From assembly GCA_025558095.1 (NCBI GenBank), contig JAIVFI010000009.1:434001-498000 (forward strand): a stretch of 64,000 bases of DNA, written 5' to 3'. This stretch comes from Hyaloraphidium curvatum SAG 235-1 (Eukaryota; Fungi; Monoblepharomycota). Each line of letters begins with the position of its first letter. Position 1 is the first letter of the stretch. A program made the translations under genes and the position numbers. This document shows positions 22,244 to 36,609 of the stretch, in pieces. The notes beneath the pieces were generated by a model that saw nothing but the letters and a program-made list of their open reading frames with translations, searched no databases and was not told where the DNA came from.

Positions 22244-23653
22244 TCAGAGAAAGTACTCTATCGGCGGCTTCTTGGCCGGCAGACCCCGCGCCTCCTGCCG
22301 GTGGAAAGCAGTAGTGCATTAGGGGGCGCACGAAGGTCCACATGGACACACGACCGACCTGTGGGGCTGCGTCAAAGGTTATGTAGTTCGTCTTGAGGTT
22401 CTCGTCAAGCTGGAGGATGGCCGCGACGTTACCGCACCTGATCGCGCCGGCCAACGTCAGCAATCGAAGACGATACCACCGACGAAGATCGTCCACCTGT
22501 AGCAATAGTTTGGTGCCGACCAGACCGTCACGATCGTGTCGTTGAACATGGTCTTGTAGCCCTCCATCACCAGCTGGTGAGCGCGAGCGATCAAGTCCAG
22601 GTTGTTCTGCTGCGTGAACTGCAGCGGCCGCGACAGGCAGGTGAGATGGTCAAGTCTCACCACTCGGGCGTCAAGTCGACCCACTGCAGCTACCACGTCG
22701 CCGCCAAACAGGTACCCCGCACCGCGCGGGCTCAGGCCCCACCCTTCAATCTCTGCGGATATCGTCCCGATGAGATTCCGCGGGCAATACAGAATGGCAA
22801 ACCAGCCTGCCCACCGTCGGGGTCCGACCAAAGCAAGTCGCACATGGCGCCGTCGTGCGGCACCTCCTGCTTTCTGTCGATGGTGCGGATCTGGTTGCGA
22901 CCGATGCCTTTGCGTCAGCCCGCTCCGCGGGACGCAACGTGCAAGACGCGATGCCTGCCTGATCCAGGGTGTTGATGGAAGGCGACAGCCCGCCGTGGAC
23001 ACAGAACACGCGGTCGTCCACGATGGCCGACAAGCTCAGGTAGTCGAAGATCTCGCAGCAGTACCGCCACACATTGACCGAGCCGTACTTCCTCAAGCAC
23101 TCGTCGTAGAAACCGTAGACCTGGGTGATTTGCCTGCTCTCGTGGTTCCCTCGGACCAAGGTGATGCGGTCCGGATACCGGACCTGGGCAATGAGGAGCC
23201 GTCAGACCGAGGTCTGGACGGCCAAAAGTGAGGCGCCCACTTTCAATGCCAGCAGGAGCAGAAAGGTCTCGACGCTGTAGAAGCCGCGATCCACAAAGTC
23301 GCCTACCCCGGAAGCGGGACGGTCAGGTCTGTGGACCAAAGGCCCCGTGCCACGCCATGACAATCACCCATGAACAGGTAGTTGGTGTCGGGGCACTGAC
23401 CGCCGACCTTGAACAGTTCCTTCAGGTCGTAGAACTGTCCATGAATGTCCCCGCAGATCTGCAAGGCCCCAGCTTAGCCTAGTCCGCCTCCCAGCTCCTT
23501 GGGCCGTACGGTGACGGGAGCATCGACTCGCTGGACGTTGCTCTCCTCCAGAAGGATCTCTCGGGCCTTATGGCAAAGCTCCTTGACCTCGGCCTCCTTT
23601 ATGATTTCGCAGCGGAAGAGCTGCTCGATGATCTGGTCCAGGTCGCCCCCCAT
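22244..23653 (-). CDS. PPH3: Protein phosphatase 4 catalytic subunit (PP2A family)
   Basis: [60 protein letters not shown]|CGNVAAIL; ends PIEYFL*. Confidence 0.95.
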
Positions 23654-23838
23654 GGCCGCGGCACGATGCGGCCGCTCCCGGGAGCAGCGATGCCGCTCGG
23701 TAGCTGGGCGATGCGCCTCGCGCGGTGTGAGGGCGCAGGTCCAGTGGGTCGAGAGTGAAAGTCGTCGTCTGTCCGCAGTCGTCACGACAGCCGCCCGCGC
23801 GCGGCAAACCCGATCCAGCTCATGTTGGGGGCCGAACA

Positions 23839-25085
23839 ATGTTGGCTCCGCCGCCAAAAGTGCTCTCTTCCACCGATGCCTTTGCCGGCTGCCTCGCCCT
23901 GGGGCTGAGCTTCGTCGGTTCCCTCTACGTGGGACGCCCGTCGGTTGGGCGGGCTCCGCTCCCCCGGAGCCACCCCAGCGTGATCAGACACCGCATCAAG
24001 GCGGTCATCTGCGTCTCTTTTGTTGCGCCTGCTGTACCGCTCGGCCTGCTGTATGTGCGGGGCGCGTTCGCCAATGCGAGGGTGGGAACGACAGCGCCGT
24101 CTCCGCGACGAGGGCTAAGGGCTGCTTGAGGACAGACCGCCGAGGAAGCGCTGAGGATGGCATTGCCGTGGTTTGGGTTGGCAAGAAGTAACGCGTCTAT
24201 CTGGATTGTTGCGGCCCCGGTGGCGAAAGCCGCATCGCTGTACTTGGGACCCCTGGTCGAGGCGTTACTGGACTCCTCCAGAGGGGTGTTGAGCGTGCTG
24301 CCGCGCGAGCTGCTGCCGAGCAAGGCCCCAGACCTGTTGTTCGTGAGGAACTGCGTCGTGGTCAGTGATGTGTCTTGGCAGACCGTCGGAGCCCGGCCAA
24401 TACGGTACCTCCGTGCCCGTTCCCGCCACCTTCAAGGCTCCGATTGCCGAGGAATGGGTGTTCCGCGCAAACATTATTCCGCTGTTCCTGGCCGCGGGCT
24501 TCTCGCGAGCCGCCATCGTGGCGATTGTGCCGCTGTTCTTTGGCATCGGTGAGCGAGGAAAGAACACTCCCACAAGTGATCGATCGAGCTAGTACTTGTA
24601 CAGCACATCTACATCACCTCTTGGAAGCTTTTCGAGCCCAATCCGTCACTGGGGAACGAACCAGCGTCATTCTCGCGCAGACAGGTAACTGCGTACGAGT
24701 TGGCGCGATCGATACCTTACTCATCGGCGCATCGACGCACCGTACTCATACTTGCGCGATCCAGGATTCCAGTTTGGGTACACCACCGTTTTCGGGTGCT
24801 GGTCGACGTATTGGCTGCTTCGCACCGGTACGCGGTTCGCCGTAGGCTCGGCAGCGCTTTCGACCGAGCAGTTCGCTTCCTAGGGAACATAGGCGCCATC
24901 ATCTGCTGCCACGCGATCTGCAACTACATGGGATTCCCGCAGGTCGCGATTTCCGGAACGGAAACACCCTTGTGGAAGAAGGGTACGCATGCGTCGCTGG
25001 GCTTGGCTGATGAGTCTCACCGTGATCTGCAGCCCTCTTGGCAGCTTCGTACCTCGTTGGTATGGTGTCGTTCTTCAGCGCCTGA
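23839..25085 (+). CDS. RCE1: CAAX prenyl protease 2
   Basis: [31 protein letters not shown]|[24 protein letters not shown]. Confidence 0.92.
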
Positions 25086-25146
25086 GTCCCAAGGGATGGT
25101 CGGGACTCGCGGTGACACTGCCGCTCTCTGCCGCCGCCGGCGAAAC

Positions 25147-26656
25147 ATGTCCTCGTTCAAGCGCCGCGTCCAGCCCGGTTCCGGGGGCGATGTACCCCGT
25201 GCACCGCCGGGATCGCGCGTTCTGCCGCATACGGGCCAGGTAGTGGTGTCGAGCGGAGTCGATGCGCTCGACGACGTCGCCGGCGGCGGGTTCCCGCTAG
25301 GGTCGCTCGTCCTCCTGAAGCAAGACCGCGGAACTGGCTATGCCAACCTCGTTCTGCGGTACTTTGCAGCGCAAGGCCTTGTAGACCGTCATGCTATTGT
25401 GGCGGCAGCTCCGGAAGCCGTTCCTGGCGCGTTTTGTCGGTCCTTGCCGAAGCCCGTCGACGGGCAACGGGGGACTGGAACTGGCGATGAAGATGGAGGC
25501 TCGTACAATTCGCCCGGCCACGGACCGGCTGGAGCATCGGACGCGAATGGCGAGGACGCGGACAACCTCAGGATCGCGTGGCGTTACAAACCCGTGGCAC
25601 GGTTCTCGACCGAGGCAGTGGCCGACGGTTCCGGAAAGGTCGCATCCCGCGCCAAGACAGGTACATGCGCGTTCCCAGTTGCCCATTCCCCCGCATGACG
25701 CCTGCTGCGCAGTGTCCTTTGGAGCGACTGCCTCGGAACCATCACCCGCGCGATCGGCTGCCGTCTTCGACGTTACAAAGACGTGGAGCGATGCCGTGGA
25801 ATCCTACCCGGACGATCTCATCCACAGCATCGGGCTCCATTGCAGCACCCTGGATGAGGATTCAAAGGAGTTTCCCGGTCCGTGGGCCGCCGCTCTGCGC
25901 GACATCGCGAGTACACTGGAACGCCTCCGGTGAGAGCGCGAAGGGGCATTCTCTTCCAACGGCACCGACACGCCGCCGGACCAGAGAAACACATCCGCAC
26001 AGAGTTATCCGAGTTTGTCTGCCGGACTTGGGCGCGCCGTCTTCTCGTCTGCGGCTGAGAAGCCCTACAGACGTGGGGGTTATCGGAGCCATCCGCTGCT
26101 CGCATCTCAATTCCCTGTGCAGTTCACCATGGCGGTCCGTTTTCTGGTATCCTTGAAGCATAATATTCGCCGCAGCTCGGCAGTTTGTGTCGTCACCATG
26201 GACACGCACGCGTTTGGCGGCGTGCACGGCAGGGGAGACAATAGTTCCGTCCAGCGGCTTGCGAGGTGTTGTGACGCGGTTTTCGAGCTCGAGTCTTTCG
26301 CGGGTGAGGTGGAACAGCTGTACCGGCGAGCAGCATGTCTAATGCGTCGTTCATTGCCAGGATCGGTCATGGGAAGCAAATCTCCGTATGCCGAGGAGTT
26401 TCACGGACTTTTCCTTGTCGAGCGCATGTTCCGAAACGAGCTCCTGGCACACACGTCCCGAATATCCGAGGCGGGCCTCGCAAGCCTCGGGTTCAAGGCC
26501 AGGCGCAAGGCTTTCTCCATTCTCTCGGTCCACCTCCCTCCGGAGTCCGCCGGGACTGGTGCGGGTGAGGGCGGGGAGCCGCCTAGAGCATCGCGGGTGC
26601 CAAAGCATGAGAACCAGCCCTTGAGCACAGCAAAGATACATGACATCGACTTCTGA
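25147..26656 (+). CDS. ELP4: Elongator complex subunit 4
   Basis: MSSFKRR, SSGVDALDDVAGGGFPLG, RYFAAQG, LRIAWRY, LGFKARRKAFSI..HLPPE; ends IDF*. Confidence 0.92.
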
Positions 26657-26704
26657 GCGAGAGCGTTGGTATCGTAAGGGTATAAGGCCTAGTTCGGCCG
26701 CCGG

Positions 26705-27549
26705 CTATTCGTCCAGCACGAACTGTGAAGCCCATTGCCCGATGTACGGTATCTCGTACTGGTGTAGATCTGGCGTGTTTGCCCCAAGAAAGGCCTGGTA
26801 GCTGCGGCAGGGAACGTGTCGACTCGCGTCCCGAGGGGGCTCACAACATGGCACCCACGATAGGAAGGCGATGCAGATGAGATCAAAAGCAAACAGCATC
26901 CACGACAAGACGCTGGAGATGAATTGCAGGACTGTGGGAACGTCTTGTCAGGCGAGACGCCGAGGTACCGGGCATCACGAACCAAAGTGCAGGAGAACAA
27001 GCCCCAGGAAGAAGATTGAAGATTGGTAGGCATGAAACCTCACGTAGTTTGATCGTGTCTCGCTTTTGCCAGAGTTCCGGTTCCAATGAGCGAGCAGGCG
27101 ATTGCGCGATTCGAAGCAGGGTTCCGTCCCGGGCACAATCCGTCAGCATCGTGCGGACGGGAGCTGGCCGAAAAGGCACGCACAACATCAGGAAGAAGAC
27201 GCCAGAGACGCAACCGAGGACATAGCAGAGAGCTGTAGGCCGTGAGGTCGCGTGAGCCTCCAACAGGCGGTCCAACGCATGCTGCGCCGCACCTGCTTCG
27301 ATGTCAAGGCGAATGGGCAGGGACGTCTCGAATCTTCGTCGTCCAAGGAAGAGTGAGAAGGTTGCTTCTCAATTGGGCCCGGTCTTCCCACCGGGCCGGG
27401 TCCAGGGCGGCCCCCGGTATGGGCACCGAGACGATTCTGTCCTCCTCGAAGGAGCTTTGCGAGGCTGACGGCCCGGGCCGCAGCAAAGAAGGCTCATCGT
27501 CCTGATACGGCGCGAATGCCCCGGCGTACGCCGAACTGGAAGATGCCAT
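26705..27549 (-). CDS. Small membrane protein, UPF0132/DUF4870-like
   Basis: ALCYVLGCVSGVFFLML|ETRSNYVRFHAYQSSIFF; C-terminal YEIPYIGQWA. Confidence 0.75.
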
Positions 27550-27621
27550 CGCGTCGCCGGGTCGTGATGTCTTGCTTCAGTCGACCACACCCGCCGTTGC
27601 AAAAACCGCTACTCGAGGGAA

Positions 27622-28993
<1,372 letters not shown>

Positions 28994-29049
28994 ATGTCTT
29001 TGCATACCACCGGGCACTTGTATCACAAGAATACACGTCAACGGCACGA

Positions 29050-30324
29050 CTAGACCGCCATGGGGCGGCGATGGTGCGCCTCGACCATCCGCCGCAGCCT
29101 CCACGCCGCCTCGTCCAAGTTTCGCCCGTATTTTGACGACACGGGAATCACCTCGCAACCTGCCACCCGGAACAGCTCCTCGAAGTTCGCCTTTGCAATG
29201 GGCACCACGTCCGCCTTGTTGGCAATCACCAGGCTCGGCCGCGAGACCATGTCGCGGTCGTAGGACCGGAGCTCGTCCCGGAGGAGGGCGAGGTCATCCC
29301 AGGGCCTGGCACCCGAGACGTCGACGACAAAGGCGAGGATGCTGGCCCGCTCGAGGTGCTTGAGGAACGTTCGCCCCAGCCCCACCCCGCGGTGCGCGCC
29401 CCGGATCAGGCCCGGGATGTCCACGATCTTGACCTGCGCGCTGTCCGGGTAGTCGATCGCGGCAATGTAGGGCGTGAGCGTGGTGAACGGGTAGGCAGCG
29501 ACCTTTGATTTCGCGTTGGTAACGGCGCAGATGAAGCTCGACTTGCCGGCGTTGGGCAGGCCGACGAGGCCGACGTCCGAGATGGTCTTGAAGTCCATCT
29601 CGAGCACGAACGCGTCCCCCGGATAGCCCCGTTCGCAGAACCGCGGACCGGGTATGTCCTTGGACGCGAAAAAGGTGTTGCCCCGGCCTCCGGCGCCCCC
29701 GCGCGCCGCCAGGACCGGCTCGCCTGGACGGAGGATGTCGACCGCCGTCCACTCGGTCTCGAGCCTCGCGTTTTCCTCTCGTATACGGCCCCTGACCTTG
29801 TCCCACAGCATTTTCTTCCTGTCCTCGCGCGGGAAGTAGCCTCCCGAGAGCCGCAGCCGCTCCGCCAGCCGCTCGTCGAGCTCGTCCTCGGACAGCTCGC
29901 GGAACGCGGGGGCGTCCATGGCGGGAAAGTCGGGGTCCGGCCGCCGGCGCACGGACGTGCCCAGGGGCACGGGGACGTAGACCGGACGCGGCACGGTGCC
30001 GTGCTTGTGCTGGCCCTGGCCGGCGCTGCCGGGTGCGCCGCGGTAGACGGGGCTCAGGTGGCGGAGGCACGACTCCTCGGCGGTGCCCACGAGGTACACG
30101 TGGCCGCCCACGCCGCCGCTGCCGCCGTCCGGCGGGCCCATCGGCACGCCGCGGTCCCTGTGGAAGCTCGCGCAGCCGTCGCCGCCGCGGCCGCCGAAGA
30201 CGTGCACGCGCAGCGCGTCGACGAAGCCGCGGGTCTGCTGCCGGCCCCGGCACGACAGCACCCGAGGGCGCACGATCGCGGCCCCGAGGTTTGGCAGTGC
30301 TCCGGGCGCGCCCAGCCGCAGCAT
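29050..30324 (-). CDS. MTG2: Mitochondrial Obg-family GTPase (intronless)
   Basis: [52 protein letters not shown]. Confidence 0.93.
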   Translation of the reverse strand: MLRLGAPGALPNLGAAIVRPRVLSCRGRQQTRGFVDALRVHVFGGRGGDGCASFHRDRGVPMGPPDGGSGGVGGHVYLVGTAEESCLRHLSPVYRGAPGSAGQGQHKHGTVPRPVYVPVPLGTSVRRRPDPDFPAMDAPAFRELSEDELDERLAERLRLSGGYFPREDRKKMLWDKVRGRIREENARLETEWTAVDILRPGEPVLAARGGAGGRGNTFFASKDIPGPRFCERGYPGDAFVLEMDFKTISDVGLVGLPNAGKSSFICAVTNAKSKVAAYPFTTLTPYIAAIDYPDSAQVKIVDIPGLIRGAHRGVGLGRTFLKHLERASILAFVVDVSGARPWDDLALLRDELRSYDRDMVSRPSLVIANKADVVPIAKANFEELFRVAGCEVIPVSSKYGRNLDEAAWRLRRMVEAHHRRPMAV

Positions 30325-30421
30325 TTGAACGGAGTTGATGACTCGGTCTGCCAGCTGCCCAAGTCAACCCCTTGGCATTTGTTTACCCCTGCCTCGACGC
30401 CTGCTTTTGTCGTCTGCCACC

Positions 30422-31867
30422 ATGTCGTCGACCCGCGCCGCCCGCATCGTCCGCGTGCTCAATGCCGCCGCGCCCGCGCGCACGGCGCCCGCGCAGGCCG
30501 CGCGCATGTCGACCGCCGCGGTGATGCCGCGCCCGGCCCGCGCCACCCGCGCTGCACCCGCGCCGGCCCTCAGCGTGCGTGGCCGCTGAGCCCGCCCGTA
30601 CAACGCCTCACCCCCCCGCAGCTCGTGCAGGCGCGCGGCGTCAAGTACCTCGACTTCGGCGGCACCAAGGAGGTCGTGTACGAGCGCGCAGACTTCCCCA
30701 AGGCCAAGCTGCAGGAGATGTTCGGCAAGGACACCTTCGGCGTGATCGGCTACGGCACCCAGGGCCGCGCACAGGCCCTCAACCTCCGCGACAACGGCAT
30801 GAAGATCATCGTCGGCCTGCGCGAGGGCGGCTCGTCGTGGGAAAAGGCCATCAGCGACGGCTTCGTGCCCGGCGAGACGCTCTTCTCCATCCCCTCGGCC
30901 GCCGAGAAGGCCAGCATCGTCATGTACCTGCTGTCGGACGCCGGCCAGAAGGAGAACTGGAACACCATCAAGCCGTTCGTGACCAAGGGCAAGACCCTGT
31001 ACTTCTCGCACGGCTTCTCGATCGTCTTCTCGGACCAGACCGGCATCGTGCCCCCCAAGTGCGTTCCCGTTTCGTGCGGCCGCGTTTCCTGGCGCTGACG
31101 ATGCCCCGCAGGGACGTGGACGTCGTTCTTGCCGCCCCCAAGGGCTCCGGCACCACCGTCCGCCGTCTGTTCCTCGAGGGCCGCGGCATCAACTCGTCGG
31201 TGGCCGTCTGGCAGGACTTTTCGGGCAACGCCAAGGAGAGGGCGTTCGGCATCGGTGTCGCCATCGGCTCCGGCTACCTGTACGAGGTGGGATCGGCCGC
31301 ATCCTAGGCCCGCGGAAGCCGGCTCACGCCTGATCCCCCCCCCCCGCAGACCACCTTCCAGAAGGAGGTCTACTCCGACCTGACGGGCGAGCGCGGCATC
31401 CTCATGGGCGCCATCCAGGGCTTCTTCCGCGCGCAGTACGACGTGCTCCGCGCCAAGGGCCACTCGCCCTCGGAGGCCTTCAACGAGACCGTGGAGGAGG
31501 CCACCCAGTCCCTGTACCCGCTCATCGGCGAGAACGGCATGGACTGGATGTACGCCAACTGCTCGACCACCGCGCAGAGGGGTGCCCTCGACTGGTGGAA
31601 GAAGTTCTACGACTGCAGCAAGCCCGTGTTCCAGGAGCTGTACAACGAGGTCGAGAACGGGAACGAGACCCGCAGGACCCTGACCGTCAACTCCAAGCCC
31701 GACTACAAGCAGTCGCTCGAGAACGAGCTGCGCCAGATTCGCGAGAGCGAGATGTGGCGGTGGGTTTCGCGCGCCGGCGTCGCGCCTCGGTCGGCTTCTG
31801 ACTACATCCTCCCACCAGTGCGGGCGTCACCGTGCGGAGCCTGCGTCCCGAGCGTGCCGGGAAGTAA
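30422..31867 (+). CDS. ILV5: Ketol-acid reductoisomerase, mitochondrial
   Basis: IGYGTQGRAQALNLRDNG, FSHGFS, APKGSG, SDLTGERGILMG, ANCSTTAQRGALDW. Confidence 0.97.
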
Positions 31868-32040
31868 GGGACCCTCTTTCCGAAATTCGCCTCTTAGATT
31901 GCTGGGTGGAGCAAACAGCTTGGACGGCATCTGTACCGCATGAACACGATGGCTGGTGTATGTAAAGAGCTTTGTGGTATCGTCACGATCCGCGCTCAGC
32001 TGTAGCGTTTAAATCCGTCTCGTCCGTCCGCACCCTCGCC

Positions 32041-34245
32041 TCAGGAAGATTTTCCGTGGAAAGTATCGACCACCGCCAGACTCTGCTCGCCCGACTGCAC
32101 CGCACCCAGCACGCCGACCAGCATGGCAAACAGAAGCAGCCCAGTCGCCCCACTGCTGACTATCTTCTCCACCCTGCGCTTCTTCGCCTCCACCGCTGCG
32201 TTCGTCCCCAGCGGGGACGTCGAGGGCCAAATAAGGTCCATGAAGCACGAAAAGGCGTGCGCACCGTCCAGCCGGTACGCGGGTATCATGTTGAGGAAGG
32301 TAAGCGCGGCAGATAGCGAGATGAGGTGGCTGAGGGAGCGGTTCGTCGGTCAGCGACGAGCTCAACAAGAGAGCAGCACCCTGGCCGAAACTCACTGGAG
32401 GAACATCTCGATCGCCGCCGGCAAGGTGACCGGGAGGACGGCGTACTTGGGAAACAGCGTGCCGACGGACACCGCCTCCCAAACCTCCCGCGGGTCCCCC
32501 AGGAACATCACCTCGCGCAGCGGCGGCTCGTGCTCCGAGTGCCGCACCTTGGCGGCGGGCTTCGCGTTCACCCCGACCAGCTTATCCTTGACCCACAGGC
32601 TGATCAGCCTCACGTGTGGGTTGGGGATGAAGGGGGTCATGCACTGGCCCCCGCCAAACGCCGTGCAGTTGGTCTTGCCGTCCGTGCACGTCACGGCGAG
32701 GGACCGCAGGTTGTGCAGCGACGAGCAGGCGGCCTGGCCGGCGGGCAGCCGCACCAGCTCCGCGTTGTCGGTCCTGTCGACCGAGCCCATCGCGTTGACG
32801 AGCATCGATGTCCGTTCGAACCACGAAGCGGTCCGGTTGCCCAGCCCCTTGTGGCTGAGCTCAGAGTGCACCGCCGTGTAGGGATGGTCGGCCTCCCACT
32901 TCAGGAGCAGTTCCCGGTTCCAGAAGCACTGGAACTGGGTATCGGAGAGCGGGTGTTCGTACGAGATGTTGCAGCAGTCGAGCGGGTTCCCTGCCGACAC
33001 GTCAGCGCGGGGACCTAAAACCCAGTATCAATTGGTTTACCTTCGATCTCGCTCCTGGGCACGCAGTAGGACGTTTCTATCGACGTCCTGTTCTTCAAGC
33101 TTTGCCTCAGCGCGTTCTCCCAAGTCTCCTCGTCGTAGACCTTCGTGTCCCCTATGCGCGCCACCACGCTTCCGGGAAGGACGTGCCCATGAAGCGGGGA
33201 GCCTTCCTCGACCTGCATGACCACCAGGCCGTCCGCCACCTCTCCGACGGTTGTGTAGCCCCACTTCATGGTGACTGGCAGCGAGTTGAGCAGGAGGAAT
33301 CCAAAGGCAAAGAGCACGATGTTGTGCCACGCGCCGGCGCAGATGACGCGCAGTTGCCGGAAGGGGTGAAGGAGGTGGAGGGTGTGGGAATCGAGGTTGA
33401 CGTAGGCTCCCGGGTACATGAGAAAGACAAAGAATCCAAAGGAGTGGAGAGGAATCCGTTCGATGGCCGCGGCGACCGCGTGTCCCGCCTCATGGACGAG
33501 CGCTGCAATGAAAACGGCGATGAGGTAGTACCAAATCTGCGAGAGAGGGAGGTTGACGCCCGGAATCTGCGAGCAGCGAACGTTGAGACTCCCAAATCTC
33601 CCCGGGGCAGCGGCGCGCGGGATAGCCCACCACCGTGACCAGAAACTGCCCCTTTCTCCCGGCCCATTCGGCAAAGTCCATATCGTACTCGTCCGCCGCG
33701 TGCCCGGCCTTGGCGCTTTCTGCGGCGGCGTCCCCGAGGAACATGCTTTGGACGATCCGTATGCTGCCGAGCAGTAGCAGCGGGCCCGAGAGCAGCATCG
33801 TGAGGATTCCAAAGAGCACGCCCACGGAGAACCATATCTGGCGACGTTTTCAGGGTGAGCGGTTGGTGGGACGGTCCCAACGGGTGTCGCACGGACCTGC
33901 AGGAACCGGGTGTACTTGCTCCCGAGCGAGAGAAACGTCTCGTTGAGCGACGTCGTCGTGTAGCGCAGGTGGCCGAACGACAGCTCGGTGTAGTGCGTGG
34001 TCCCTGGCACCGTCGCTCCGGGGGCAATGACGCCGACGGGCGACGCCGTCGCCTTCCCGAAGAGGTACTCGTACTGTGCGGGCTGCCACCGACCGTTAGC
34101 TCCGCAGGCCCAACCTCGGGCGGGCAAACGCGATCCGTACCGCCAGGTGCCTGTAGAGCCACGAGACGGCGTACACGAAGCCCCAAGTTATCGCGACTCC
34201 CACAGCCAGGCGGCCGACCGGCGCGAGAACGTGCCACGGGAACAT
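32041..34245 (-). CDS. MBTPS2: Site-2 protease (M50 membrane metalloprotease); 3' end approximate
   Basis: IPGVNLP, VHEAGHAVAA (HExxH), AGAWHNIVL, PDZ-like and Cys-rich region, LNMIPAYRLDG. Confidence 0.93.
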
Positions 34246-34506
34246 GGCTCCGCTCCTTTAGCCCAGTCCTCCAGGGACCGCAGACACAGAGTCCTCAGGC
34301 GGCCGAACGAACCGAAATGACCCGCAGCTGTTGATCCGCGCCCCGCAGGGCCGGACTGGTCCTCGCTCTTCAGCGAACACTCGGGACTCAAGCTAGTTTT
34401 GCTCGCGTGTCCTCGTCCCCGATCAGCGGTCGCGCGCGGGCTCGGGGCCCCACCGATCACGCACATCCCACCGATCTGCAGACCCCTGCTCGCCGATTCC
34501 CCGGAG

Positions 34507-35925
34507 ATGGCGGCCAACGGTGCTGTTGCGGCACCCGGCGTGCTTTCCGCCGCCAGGAACGCGGTCGTGTCGACGGCGGCCTTCTACCGGCTGCTGGCAT
34601 TCTACCTCGCCGGGGGCGCATACGGATCGGCATCGCGCGCCGCCGGCCTCCTCCTGCCGGCTCGGATCGCCTCCGACAAGCGCGCCCGCGTGCAGATATT
34701 CTCGCTGGCCCTCATCTTCCGGCTGTGGTCCAAGCCGCACTACCGGAACCCTTCCTTCCAGGTGGACCTGCTCCGCAACCTGCGCAACGTCGCCGTGCCC
34801 GGCACCGGCGTCCCGCTGTCGCTGTTCTGCCACACCAAGGCAACGGCGCTGCTGTACGTGCTCTTTGCGCTCCCGACCGTGTGCTTCTTTGGCGCCTGGA
34901 ACACCGCCGTCGCCGAACGCCGGCGGAGGAAGTCGTCCCTGCTGTCCCCTGGCCTCGTGGCCGAGGCGCTGGCCACCTACGTCGAGTACCTGCTGCACCC
35001 ACCGGACTGGTTCTCGTTCTGGCAGCTCAACTGCCGCCTGGCCACCTTCCACTCGTACAAGACCCGCTCGCCGGGCTACGCGCTCGAGGATAAGTGGACT
35101 TTCCTGAAGCGCGGGGACGAATTGGGGGTCCCGGTGTCGCCGTTCCTCAAGATGCCATCGCTGGTGATCAAGGACACGAACGAGGAGGGCGGAATGGGCA
35201 TTTATTTCTACAGAAACGCCGTCCACGGCGGGAACTGGATCATCCAGGAGCGTTTGGAAAACTCGGACGAGCTCAAGGCTCTGCTCCCGCCCAATCCCCC
35301 GTTGTCCACGGTGCGGGTCATCACCACGTCGACCTGGTCGCGCGATCATCCTTGGGATCTGCCGAGGTTGGTCTCCGCCTTCCCCAATTCGATACCATCC
35401 CTGATCCCGGTGCAATGCAGCGAGTTCCACGCGGAAGATGCCCACAAGTACATCAAGGCGGTCTCGTGCGTGTTCCGCGCGGGCCGCAAGGGCGCTTCGA
35501 CGGACCACTCGTCCGTGCTCTTCGACGTCGACAAGGCAACGGGAACCATCCTGCGGGGCACGACCAACGCGCACTGGTACCACCTGGGCCCCAAGGGCCT
35601 GACGACGCCGTGGCGCTCGACGCACGACCTCACGGACCACCCCGACGTGCCCGGGCTGCGGCTCACGGGCAAGTCCCTGCCGGACGTACCGGGGATGCTG
35701 GACCTCGTGGTCCGGTCCCACTTCAAGATGCTCCCGGACGTGACCATTGTCGGCTGGGACGTTGCCTACACCACGCGCGGCATCTTCTTCCTCGAGGTGA
35801 ACCTGTCGTGCAACTTTTTCCGCGGCACCTTCGACGTCCCGGCCTATTTTGACTGGGTGGACAGCCAGTTTGCGGCGCTCGACAAACTGGGAGATCCGCC
35901 GGCGAACCGCGTGAAGAGCTTGTGA
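34507..35925 (+). CDS. Intronless membrane-anchored ATP-grasp-like protein (resembles sugar-transfer-associated ATP-grasp)
   Basis: N-terminal hydrophobic helices; DK..F, VIKD..EEGGMG, IIQERLEN, LSTVRVIT, VGWDVA..G.FFLEVN. Confidence 0.7.
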   Translation: MAANGAVAAPGVLSAARNAVVSTAAFYRLLAFYLAGGAYGSASRAAGLLLPARIASDKRARVQIFSLALIFRLWSKPHYRNPSFQVDLLRNLRNVAVPGTGVPLSLFCHTKATALLYVLFALPTVCFFGAWNTAVAERRRRKSSLLSPGLVAEALATYVEYLLHPPDWFSFWQLNCRLATFHSYKTRSPGYALEDKWTFLKRGDELGVPVSPFLKMPSLVIKDTNEEGGMGIYFYRNAVHGGNWIIQERLENSDELKALLPPNPPLSTVRVITTSTWSRDHPWDLPRLVSAFPNSIPSLIPVQCSEFHAEDAHKYIKAVSCVFRAGRKGASTDHSSVLFDVDKATGTILRGTTNAHWYHLGPKGLTTPWRSTHDLTDHPDVPGLRLTGKSLPDVPGMLDLVVRSHFKMLPDVTIVGWDVAYTTRGIFFLEVNLSCNFFRGTFDVPAYFDWVDSQFAALDKLGDPPANRVKSL

Positions 35926-35997
35926 GCTGGGCCAGGAGGAGGCAATGAGGCTCAACGGCAGAGAAGGGGCTTCGATTCCTGGTATAGATGAGTCACG

Positions 35998-36501
35998 TCA
36001 CACCTTTGCCATCACGCAAAGTGCGACCCCTGGACGGAGGTGTTGGCTTTGCGAAGCGCCCCGAGTCGCGTCTCACCCACCGGCGAGCACGAGCGCGAAG
36101 CCTGCCCAGGTCTGCGGGTCCCCGACGTCCTCGCCCAGCAGGTAGCCCGCGAGGAAGGTGAATGCAAACGTCAGGGTGTTTGCGATCGGGACGGCCAAGG
36201 TGAGGTCGGCTTCGGCGTGTCAAGATCGGACGCTTCGGCGGGCCCAGGGGAGCCCACCTGCGTCCGCGAGGGTCCGGTAGAAGGAAATAGTGCCCAACAG
36301 GTTGACCAGGCTCGGCACCACAAACTGCCAGCGCGTCACGAGCCACCAGGCCTCGAGGAGCGCGCGCACCGGCCACGGCCTGCCCGCGATGGAGGCCTGG
36401 TACGCATCGAGGCCGCGCGTCCCGCGTTTCACGAAAGGGTTGGTTCCGCCCCACAGTGCTGCGGTCAGGAGGAAGCCGAGCGCCTGCGAGGAGGCACCCA
36501 T
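35998..36501 (-). CDS. TMEM234: Transmembrane protein 234 homolog
   Basis: LWGGTNPFVKRG, PSLVNLLG, DLTLAVPIANTLTFAFT, LLGE. Confidence 0.9.
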
Positions 36502-36609
36502 CGGCGTCCACGATGGTTCCGTCTGTGATCATCGGAAGGGTGCGAGAACGATCAACTCCACCTGCGCAGACACCGCCCAACCCCGCCTCGGGCCCCGCGG
36601 CAGCCAAAG

